Of a stretch of DNA of 64,000 bases, positions 56,106-64,000 are shown one piece after another (the first letter of the stretch is position 1; the number at the start of each line of letters is the position of its first letter). The notes beneath the pieces were generated by a model. The model ran no database searches, was not told the DNA's origin, and saw nothing but the letters and a program-made list of their open reading frames with translations. The position numbers and the translations under genes were made by a program. The DNA lies in the IMG/VR virus record IMGVR_UViG_3300035157_000972; one strand, 5' to 3'. Origin of the DNA: a virus.

Positions 56106-57037
56106 TGATACTGATTACTGGTGGTGCCGGTTTTATAGGAAGTAACTTTGTAAATTATGTTCAGAGAGTTTGTGATGATGAGATTGTCGTCATAGATTCT
56201 TTATCATATGCTTCTGATATAAACTATATAAAGAGAGATACCAAGACAACATTTGTATGGTGTGATATTGCAAATGAGAAACATGTCAATCACATCTTCA
56301 ATAGATACAAACCAAACAAAGTATTTCATTTTGCTGCTGAGAGTCATGTAGATAATTCAATCAAAAATTACAAACCATTTCTAGAATCAAATGTGATAGG
56401 AACTATCAATTTGATGAACGCTGCATTAGAAGTGGGTGTAGAAAAGTTTCATCATGTATCTACTGATGAAGTGTATGGTTCACTAGAATATGATGACGAG
56501 AATATATTTACAGAGACCACACCATACGACCCAAGAAATCCATACTCTGCTAGTAAGGCAGCGTCAGATTATTTTGTAAAGGCATGGCATAATACATACA
56601 AACTTCCTTATCTTATAACAAACTGTTCAAATAACTATGGACCACATCAACATCTAGAGAAACTCATTCCTCTTACTATCATAAACTCTATGAGGGGTAA
56701 GAAAACATATATGCATAGTGAAGGTAAGTTGATACGTGACTGGTTATATGTTGAGGATCATTGTCGTGCTATCTGGATGTTAGAGGAGCAGGGAATTATG
56801 AATGATACTTATAACATTGGTGGTGGGTGTGAACTTGATGTAGAAACTGTAGTCAAAAAAATACTTACTAGACTAGGTAAGTCACATGATCTAATAGGTG
56901 TTTCAAATGCAAGACCGGGAGTTGATAAAAGATATGCTATGAGTTATACTAAGTTGTATAACAAAACTGGGTGGAAACCGATCATGGATTTTGACACTGG
57001 TTTGCAACATACTATTGACTGGTATTTGAATAGATGA
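56105..57037 (+). CDS. rfbB: dTDP-glucose 4,6-dehydratase
   Basis: GGAGFIG, AAESHVD, STDEVYG, YSASK, CSNNYGP. Confidence 0.92.
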   Translation: MILITGGAGFIGSNFVNYVQRVCDDEIVVIDSLSYASDINYIKRDTKTTFVWCDIANEKHVNHIFNRYKPNKVFHFAAESHVDNSIKNYKPFLESNVIGTINLMNAALEVGVEKFHHVSTDEVYGSLEYDDENIFTETTPYDPRNPYSASKAASDYFVKAWHNTYKLPYLITNCSNNYGPHQHLEKLIPLTIINSMRGKKTYMHSEGKLIRDWLYVEDHCRAIWMLEEQGIMNDTYNIGGGCELDVETVVKKILTRLGKSHDLIGVSNARPGVDKRYAMSYTKLYNKTGWKPIMDFDTGLQHTIDWYLNR

Positions 57038-57852
57038 TTTCACTATACGGATGTGGTTTCGTTGGAGGAGAATTTCAACGTCTTTTTAATGAAGAAGTAG
57101 AAGTAATTCCTAGAGAGGAACGTAAACCTAAATCAAAAGATATCTTATACATGATATCTACAACACATAATTATCATGTGCATGATAGAATAACACTTGA
57201 TGTTGACACAAACTTGAAGGTTCTATGTGAAGTTCTTGAACATTGCAGGGATGAAGATATTACATTCAACTTTGTGTCATCATGGTTTGTGTATGGAGCA
57301 GGTGGTAATTTACCTGCAAAAGAAAGCGATTCTTTGAACCCGAATGGATTCTATTCTATAACAAAAAGATGTGCAGAAGATCTTATCAAATCTTTCGCTC
57401 AGACATATGGTATGAGGTATAGAATACTTAGATTATGTAATGTCATAGGTCGTGGTGATACTAATGCAACGAAGCAAAAGAATGCAATTACATGGATGGT
57501 CAAAGAAATAAAAAAACATAATGATCTAAAAGTATATGACAACGGAACTCATACACGAGACATCATGCATGTGACTGATGTATGTCGTGCTATCAAATTG
57601 ATTATGGAGAAGGGTGATGTAGATGAGATTTATAATATAGGATCTGGAAAAGAAACAACAATAAAAGAAGTGCTTGACTTAGCAAGTGAACTGTGTGATT
57701 ATAGAGGTAATCTTATCAGTATAGATACACCAGATTTTCATAAAGTGGTACAGGGATTGCAACATTTTTATTTGGATACAAGTAAATTGAATCAACTAGG
57801 ATTCAATTACCTGTATGATACAAAGGATATAGTGAGAGAATTATGTCAGTAA
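57034..57852 (+). CDS. NAD-dependent epimerase / 4-ketoreductase
   Basis: G.GFVG, SS.FVYG, YSITK. Confidence 0.82.
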   Translation: MISLYGCGFVGGEFQRLFNEEVEVIPREERKPKSKDILYMISTTHNYHVHDRITLDVDTNLKVLCEVLEHCRDEDITFNFVSSWFVYGAGGNLPAKESDSLNPNGFYSITKRCAEDLIKSFAQTYGMRYRILRLCNVIGRGDTNATKQKNAITWMVKEIKKHNDLKVYDNGTHTRDIMHVTDVCRAIKLIMEKGDVDEIYNIGSGKETTIKEVLDLASELCDYRGNLISIDTPDFHKVVQGLQHFYLDTSKLNQLGFNYLYDTKDIVRELCQ

Positions 57853-59141
57853 AAGATAAGGTATCAGATTTTATATCAGAACTACAGGGTGATGGAGAGA
57901 ATTTATTTCCATATCTTGCTAACAAAGATTGGAAACCCGGTGGTAACATATACTACTCTGGTCCATACTGGGATGAGCAGGAACCTATCGCTGCAATCAC
58001 AACATTACTGAAGGGTAATTGGTTGCCTGCAGGTGAACAGGTAAATAAATTTGAAGCACAGTTTGGTAAAAGATTTGACTTTAGATACAACCTTATGGTC
58101 AACAGTGGTTCATCCGCTAACCTTGTCATGGTTGCTGCACTCAAAAAATATTTTGGATGGGCAGATGGTGATGAGATATTAGTATGTGCATGTGGTTTTC
58201 CTACCACTATCAATCCCATCATACAGAATAATCTGAAACCTGTATTTGTAGATATTGATTACACAGATTTGAATTGGAATCTTGAGATGTTAGAGTCCAA
58301 GATCACCAGTAGAACTAGAGCGTGTTTTTCTTCTCCTGTTCTGGGAAATCCCTACGACTTCGATAAGTTTCTCGAAATTTTGGATGTTTACGGACTCGAA
58401 TATATCGCGGACAACTGTGACTCCCTCGGTAGCAAGTGGAGAGGTCAGTTTCTTACCAAACACTCCGTCGCTGCTTCTTGTTCTTTCTATCCAGCTCATC
58501 ATATCTCTACTATCGAAGGGGGTATGGTCTCCTCTAATGTCGAGGAGATAATCCAGATCGCCAGATCGTATGCTTGGTGGGGAAGAGGATGCTATTGTGT
58601 AGGATCCCAAAACAAATTGTCCAACGGTGTCTGTGGGCAGAGATTTGATCGTTGGTTGGAAGGGTACGACCATGATGTCGATCATAAGTATGTCTTCGGA
58701 GTTCAAGGATATAATCTCAAACCCGCCGATTTGCAGGGGTCTATCGGTCTTGTACAATTGACTAAGCAAGACGAGATACATCGCATCCGTCGTCTCAACA
58801 AAACTCGACTTCATGAGATCTTCTCTAAGATCGATGGTGCGAGGGTTATTGAAGAAAAAGAACATGCTGAGACTTCTTGGTTTGGTGTACCTATAGTATA
58901 CGAAGGGAATAAAGTACAACTTGTCAAATATTTAGAGGAACATAAGATACAAACAAGAAACTATTTTGCAGGTAATATTCTCATGCATCCTGCCTATCGT
59001 GGTCTAGAATCATACTCTAATTATCCTAATTCAAGTAAGGTATTAGACAATGTATTTTTCTTAGGATGTTCCCCTGTAATTACAGATCCTATGATAGACT
59101 ACATAGAAGAAGTAGTTACTAAGTTCAGAAATGAACTTTGA
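57843..59141 (+). CDS. RfbH/E1-like NDP-4-keto-6-deoxyglucose 3-dehydrase (DegT fold)
   Basis: NSGSSANL, DNCDSLG, SFYPAHHI (His in place of Lys), WGRGCYC..C, DHKY..GYNLK. Confidence 0.8.
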   Translation: MSVKDKVSDFISELQGDGENLFPYLANKDWKPGGNIYYSGPYWDEQEPIAAITTLLKGNWLPAGEQVNKFEAQFGKRFDFRYNLMVNSGSSANLVMVAALKKYFGWADGDEILVCACGFPTTINPIIQNNLKPVFVDIDYTDLNWNLEMLESKITSRTRACFSSPVLGNPYDFDKFLEILDVYGLEYIADNCDSLGSKWRGQFLTKHSVAASCSFYPAHHISTIEGGMVSSNVEEIIQIARSYAWWGRGCYCVGSQNKLSNGVCGQRFDRWLEGYDHDVDHKYVFGVQGYNLKPADLQGSIGLVQLTKQDEIHRIRRLNKTRLHEIFSKIDGARVIEEKEHAETSWFGVPIVYEGNKVQLVKYLEEHKIQTRNYFAGNILMHPAYRGLESYSNYPNSSKVLDNVFFLGCSPVITDPMIDYIEEVVTKFRNEL

Positions 59142-59194
59142 TTCCCACTTTTGGGAAAAAAATTTTCCGCCAAAAATTCTTCATTAAGGTTTTT

Positions 59195-60322
59195 ATGAAA
59201 ACAGCATTAGTATTAGGTGCCGGTGGTTTCATTGGAAGTCACATGGTCAAGAGACTCAAGAAAGAAGGTTACTGGGTAAGGGGTGTAGACCTCAAGCATC
59301 CAGAGTTTTCTGATACAGAAGCAGATGAGTTTGTCCTAGGAGACTTACGAGATAAAAGTTTTGTTGAAAGAGTCATACAGTATAAAGGAGAGCAAGGAAA
59401 CTTCTATGACTCTGTTCCTTACAGATATATCTTACCATTCCATGAGATCTACCAGTTTGCTGCTGACATGGGTGGTGCAGGATTTATCTTTACAGGTGAG
59501 AATGATGCTGACATTATGCAGAACTCTGCAAGTATAAATCTAAACTTGTTAGATGCACAGCAAAAGTTGAATGAAACCTTTGATGGTTCAGAAGGGTGGA
59601 GTGAATGTAATAGACCATGCCTAGATTGGATTACTAAGATCTTCTATTCTAGTTCAGCATGTATGTACCCAGAGTACAATCAATTAGATCCTGACAATCC
59701 AGATTGTCGTGAAGAATCAGCATACCCTGCAGCACCGGATTCAGAATATGGATGGGAAAAATTATTTTCGGAAAGACTATATCTTACGTACAGTCGTAAC
59801 TATGGCATGCCTGTTTGTGTTGCTCGTTACCACAACATTTTCGGTCCTGAAGGAACTTGGAACGGTGGACGCGAGAAGGCACCGGCAGCAATTTGTAGAA
59901 AGGTTGCAAATGCAGGTCTCGCCGATACCATTGAAGTATGGGGAGATGGCGAACAAACTCGATCATTCTTATTCATTGATGAATGCATTGAGGCAACTTG
60001 GAGATTGATGCAATCAGACTTCAAGGGACCTGTAAACATAGGTTCAGAAGAAATGGTTACTATCAATGAGTTAGTAAGAATAACTGCAAAAGTAGCAGGG
60101 AAATCCATAGGTAGAGATCACATACTCGATGCACCTCTTGGTGTTCGTGGACGTAATTCAAACAATGATCTTATCAGAAAAGAACTTGGTTGGGATTACA
60201 CACAAACACTTGAAGAAGGAATCAGAAAGACCTATAATTGGATCGAGCAGCAGATATGTAAGGAGACTATATCATCTGCCACTCTTGAAAAAACAGAATA
60301 CGATTTATTAGCATCAGGTTAG
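59195..60322 (+). CDS. GDP-mannose 3,5-epimerase-like SDR
   Basis: AADMGGAGFI, SSSACMYP, YGWEK, REKAPAA.CRK, GVRGRNS. Confidence 0.85.
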   Translation: MKTALVLGAGGFIGSHMVKRLKKEGYWVRGVDLKHPEFSDTEADEFVLGDLRDKSFVERVIQYKGEQGNFYDSVPYRYILPFHEIYQFAADMGGAGFIFTGENDADIMQNSASINLNLLDAQQKLNETFDGSEGWSECNRPCLDWITKIFYSSSACMYPEYNQLDPDNPDCREESAYPAAPDSEYGWEKLFSERLYLTYSRNYGMPVCVARYHNIFGPEGTWNGGREKAPAAICRKVANAGLADTIEVWGDGEQTRSFLFIDECIEATWRLMQSDFKGPVNIGSEEMVTINELVRITAKVAGKSIGRDHILDAPLGVRGRNSNNDLIRKELGWDYTQTLEEGIRKTYNWIEQQICKETISSATLEKTEYDLLASG

Positions 60323-60323
60323 T

Positions 60324-61244
60324 ATGAGATCACTCGTTACTGGAGGTGCAGGATTCATAGGATCCCACCTTGTTGACAAATTATTAGAGATGGGACATCA
60401 GGTTACTGTTGTGGATAATGAGTCCTCAATATGTAATGAAAAGTTCTATTGGAATGATGAGGCATGGAATGTCAGGGCAGATATTTCTGATCCACAAGTC
60501 ATGGAGCAAGTCTTCAATTGTGTCAATGAAGGAATGCCAAAGATTGATTATGTGTTTCATCTCGCTGCTTATTCTAGAATACAGATTGCATTGAAGAATC
60601 CAGTTGGATGTGTAAAGACAAATGTATTAGGAACAACAACGCTGTTACAGTATGCCCGTGAGCATGGTGTCAAGGCATTCATAAACTCATCCACATCATC
60701 ATCTTATGGTTTGAAAAATGTACCTCCTCTTAGAGAGGACATGACACCTGATTGTTTGAATCCATACTCAGTATCAAAGATAGCAGCAGAGAATATGTGT
60801 AAGATGTATTCAGATCTATTTGATTTGAACACGGTGAATCTAAGATACTTCAATGTATATGGTGAAAGGCAACCACTTAGAGGACAATATGCACCTGTTG
60901 TAGGATTATTTTTAGAGCAATGGAAACGTGGTGAACCACTTACTATCGTAGGTGATGGAGAACAACGTAGAGATTTCACTCATGTAAGGGATGTGGTTAG
61001 AGCAAACATAGCAGCAGCAGAGAGAGCGAGTGATATATCTGGTGAGATCATAAATGTAGGTACAGGGACTAATCATTCTGTAAATCAAGTAGCGAATATG
61101 ATCTCTACTGAATATGAATTTATACCACCTAGACCGGCAGAGGCAAGAGTAACTCTTGCTGATATTTCAAAAGCAAAAAGACTTTTGAATTACATGCCAT
61201 CTATTGAACTTAGTGATTGGATTGATGAACACAAGGTACGATGA
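60324..61244 (+). CDS. NDP-sugar 4-epimerase/dehydratase
   Basis: GGAGFIGSH, YSVSK, LRYFNVYG, GDGEQRRDF. Confidence 0.88.
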   Translation: MRSLVTGGAGFIGSHLVDKLLEMGHQVTVVDNESSICNEKFYWNDEAWNVRADISDPQVMEQVFNCVNEGMPKIDYVFHLAAYSRIQIALKNPVGCVKTNVLGTTTLLQYAREHGVKAFINSSTSSSYGLKNVPPLREDMTPDCLNPYSVSKIAAENMCKMYSDLFDLNTVNLRYFNVYGERQPLRGQYAPVVGLFLEQWKRGEPLTIVGDGEQRRDFTHVRDVVRANIAAAERASDISGEIINVGTGTNHSVNQVANMISTEYEFIPPRPAEARVTLADISKAKRLLNYMPSIELSDWIDEHKVR

Positions 61245-61869
61245 AAAACTGGATGAACTTATCCATCCAGTCAATGTAAAACAGAATCATTCACAAGCAT
61301 ATCAGGATCTATTTGTCTTGACTATGCTAGGTGATAAAAGGAATGGTAGATACCTTGAAATAGGTGCTAACCATCCTACAGAATTTAATAATACTTGGTT
61401 ACTTGAATCTGAGTTCAACTGGCAGGGTATCTCGGTGGAAATAGATGAACGTTTTCAAGGTGAGTTTGTAATACAAAGAGGAAATGATTGTCACTTAGCA
61501 GATGCCACAACATTTGATTGGAGAGAAGCAATAAAAAATAAGGGATGGAGAAAGAAAAGATTTGATTATGTCTCTATAGATTGTGAACCACCTAACATCA
61601 CACTCAAAGCATTAGAGAATCTACCGTTGGATGAGTATAGATTTTCTGTGATTACATTTGAGTCAGATCTATATGCATATGGGGTAGAGTGTAGAGATAT
61701 ACAAAGAAGAATATTGAATGATCTTGGTTATCAAATTGTAGCAAGAGATGTTGCAAATGGTGGTAATCCATTTGAGGATTGGTGGGTAGACCCAGAAGTT
61801 GTAGATGAAGTAACATGGGGACCATTTATATCACATAATGCTGAAGCGAGAACATTGTTCATCAAATGA
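61225..61869 (+). CDS. FkbM-like SAM methyltransferase
   Basis: SQAYQD, YLEIGA, DYVSIDCE, FSVITFE, FEDWW. Confidence 0.75.
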   Translation: MNTRYDEKLDELIHPVNVKQNHSQAYQDLFVLTMLGDKRNGRYLEIGANHPTEFNNTWLLESEFNWQGISVEIDERFQGEFVIQRGNDCHLADATTFDWREAIKNKGWRKKRFDYVSIDCEPPNITLKALENLPLDEYRFSVITFESDLYAYGVECRDIQRRILNDLGYQIVARDVANGGNPFEDWWVDPEVVDEVTWGPFISHNAEARTLFIK

Positions 61870-62645
61870 TTGCAATTTCTCACTGGTACGGTAGACTAGG
61901 AAACAACATACAGCAGTGTGCAGTCGGTACGATGGCAGCAGCACTGACTCAATCAACATTTGAATCAATCGATCATGAGATTATCAAAAAACACAAGACA
62001 TCGTTTGGACAGAATAGTCAAGAAATACGATCAAAATTCTTCTACTGGGAGGGTCCGTATAAGGAAGTCAACATCGACAAGGAATTCATTTATGACAACA
62101 TGCGTCACATTTGTAAGACGTATATTGAACCCCATATCCAAGCACCGAGAGTGGTACTTCCTGATGATTGGATTGTTATTCATATTAGGAGTGGAGATGT
62201 ATTTGACAGGAGGGTATCTAACCCTAGCAACTATGTGCCTAATCCTCTTTATTTTTATATGCAATTGGTTGAACGATTTCAACAAGCGATTGTAGTAACA
62301 GAAGGAGATGACAACAACCCTATAATAAATGAACTTAGAAAACATCCAAAGGTTACAATACAATCTAAAAGTGTGGCAGAAGATTTCGGCACGTTATTGT
62401 CAGCAAAACATCTTGCCAATTCTGGGGTTGGAACTTTCGGTATTGCTGCTGCTCTATGCAGTCATAATATTGAAACCTTTCATTGTACTGATGTGAGTAT
62501 GAGTGAGCATCTAAATTATGGGATGCTTCTTGGTAAAGATGTAGAGGTACATTTGATGCCACTTGATAACTACATAAACGTAGGCGAATGGTCTAACAGT
62601 GATGAGCAACGAAAATTTATTCTTGAATACTGTCCAATTTCCTAG
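61866..62645 (+). CDS. GT11-like (alpha-1,2-fucosyltransferase-type) glycosyltransferase
   Basis: GRLGNN..Q, HIRSGD, DF..L, GTF..AA. Confidence 0.7.
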   Translation: MIAISHWYGRLGNNIQQCAVGTMAAALTQSTFESIDHEIIKKHKTSFGQNSQEIRSKFFYWEGPYKEVNIDKEFIYDNMRHICKTYIEPHIQAPRVVLPDDWIVIHIRSGDVFDRRVSNPSNYVPNPLYFYMQLVERFQQAIVVTEGDDNNPIINELRKHPKVTIQSKSVAEDFGTLLSAKHLANSGVGTFGIAAALCSHNIETFHCTDVSMSEHLNYGMLLGKDVEVHLMPLDNYINVGEWSNSDEQRKFILEYCPIS

Positions 62646-63147
62646 GAAAATTGCAGACAAAATTGAACAGGCAGCGACGAATGGACCGTGGTGGTATCTT
62701 CCAGACTGTGCTCATCCAATAGGACACGAGTTGCAGACTGCTGCGAATCCATATTTTTCATGTACTATAGTCAAAGATCGTAATCCTCAACTTGAGATAA
62801 TAAAAAATTATGATTTGTCATTTTTTAGTAAGTATATTAGACTAGAAAAACATACGATTGCAAGAGCACATGTTACCTTTCATTGGCCAAGACCAGAACA
62901 CTTTGGTGTGCCACACAACTTTCATATAGATCAACAGTTCCCACACATCGTGGCATTATATTATATCAATGATGCTGATGGTGACACTATATTCTGTGAC
63001 GAACACGATCATTCTAAGATTATACATAGAGAAACCCCTAAGAAGGGGAAGTGTGTAATCTTTGAGGGACTTCATGCATATCATGCTAGTTCTTCACCGA
63101 CTAAAAACATTAGAATGACATTGAACATTAACTATGACCATCTTTGA
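62599..63147 (+). CDS. 2OG-Fe(II) oxygenase
   Basis: HID, LYYINDADGDT, HASSSP, R..LNIN; start uncertain. Confidence 0.8.
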   Translation: MMSNENLFLNTVQFPRKIADKIEQAATNGPWWYLPDCAHPIGHELQTAANPYFSCTIVKDRNPQLEIIKNYDLSFFSKYIRLEKHTIARAHVTFHWPRPEHFGVPHNFHIDQQFPHIVALYYINDADGDTIFCDEHDHSKIIHRETPKKGKCVIFEGLHAYHASSSPTKNIRMTLNINYDHL

Positions 63148-63973
63148 TACGTTCACCTTTTATAATGAACTTGATTTATTAGAACTCAGACTCAACATTT
63201 TAGGTGATGTTGTAGATTACTTTGTAATCAATGAGGCAAACATAACCTTTACTGGTAAACCTAAACCTTTATACTATCAAGAGAATAAAGAACGTTTCAA
63301 GAAGTGGGAGCATAAGATAATTCATCATGTCACAGTAGATGATAATGAAACATTAGAAAAGTATTGGGAAGGTGTTCCATATCATAGGAGCATGAAAGAG
63401 GAGAACATATATCAATTACCATTACACTATCAGAGAGCATGCTTTCATAAAGACTCTGCAATATATGCACTGCTTGATAAGACAGAGGACGATGACATCA
63501 TACTAACAAGTGATGCTGATGAGATAGCGAATCCAGATGCACTGCTTGCTATGGAAGAGTGGTTCAAACCTGAGAATCATTATGTATTGAGAGGTCCTGT
63601 ATACTATTACTACTTGAATCTATTATGTGAAAAGGAATGGATGGGAACTAGAGTATGCACAATGAAGACACTCAAGACAATGAGTATAGATAAGTTGAGG
63701 CAATCACATCAAGACTCTTGGAAGATTGACAATGCATCATGGCATTGGAGTTTCTTTGGTGATGCTGACACTGTACGTGCCAAGATGGATGCTTATGAAC
63801 ACCAAGAGAACAATCTACCTCAGTTCAGAGATACAATGGAACAACGTATCGAGGCAGGAGTTGACCCATTTGGCAGAGATTATTTGTACCAACCAACTGT
63901 GGTACCTATCGATAGTTCATTCCCGAACTATATTCAGAGGAATAAGGAAAAACTAGCGAGGTTTATCAAGTGA
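63134..63973 (+). CDS. GT17-family N-acetylglucosaminyltransferase-like protein
   Basis: D.F.FYNELDLLELR, E...TFTGKPK, SDADEI, WHWS. Confidence 0.85.
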   Translation: MTIFDTFTFYNELDLLELRLNILGDVVDYFVINEANITFTGKPKPLYYQENKERFKKWEHKIIHHVTVDDNETLEKYWEGVPYHRSMKEENIYQLPLHYQRACFHKDSAIYALLDKTEDDDIILTSDADEIANPDALLAMEEWFKPENHYVLRGPVYYYYLNLLCEKEWMGTRVCTMKTLKTMSIDKLRQSHQDSWKIDNASWHWSFFGDADTVRAKMDAYEHQENNLPQFRDTMEQRIEAGVDPFGRDYLYQPTVVPIDSSFPNYIQRNKEKLARFIK

Positions 63974-64000
63974 AAATTGACACCCAAGGAATGTCCTATG

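Noticed and set aside
740-62562. Numerous 60-209 aa antisense or alternate-frame ORFs in the track (e.g. 6302-6667, 34028-34477, 41589-42203, 44569-45027, 58290-58919)
   Set aside because: They lie within well-supported genes, have no recognisable motifs or RBS, and are expected shadows of codon bias
1-64000. tRNA genes, CRISPR arrays, transposases, integrase
   Set aside because: No cloverleaf, repeat-spacer array or recombinase motif seen; intergenic gaps are short and otherwise explained
1-64000. TTTAAA/TTAA avoidance
   Set aside because: TTCAAA and ATCAAG look over-used, but TTAA sites are present (e.g. 5700, 7345, 34727); a depletion cannot be supported without counting

Overview
A 64 kb segment of a T4-like marine cyanomyovirus genome. 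The host is most likely Prochlorococcus (AT-rich DNA, psbA with no adjacent psbD, three hli genes, petF, PTOX, talC, and a nucleotide-sugar/glycosyltransferase block). Gene order: head/tail module (g17-g18-g19-g20-g21-g22-g23-g3), uvsY-uvsW-g55-g47-g46, an outer-membrane-protein/hli island, replication module (g45, g44, dam, g62, regA, hsp20, g43, uvsX, g41), mazG-psbA, a late block of probable head-packaged proteins, g61-nrdA-nrdB-PMM, petF-PTOX, a reverse-strand operon of exported proteins, talC, and a surface-glycan cluster that runs off the end. No tRNA, CRISPR array, intron or intein was recognised. Best leads: (1) a 1013-aa late protein built from about a dozen Lys/Arg-rich modules joined by acidic [ILV]-x-E linkers, resembling a prohead-protease-processed polyprotein, beside a protein starting with a T4-type capsid-targeting sequence; (2) strong window-wide avoidance of RGCY and CCWGG; (3) a PD-(D/E)xK-like gene behind psbA with a late promoter inside an RBS-occluding hairpin; (4) identically placed HLR1/RpaB-like boxes in the psbA and hli promoters; (5) a psbN homolog and several micro-proteins missing from the ORF track; (6) a probable ATA start coupled to a TAA stop; (7) an E1-type 3,6-dideoxysugar dehydrase with no E3 partner in view. 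All calls come from reading the sequence by eye; no database searches or computed counts were run.
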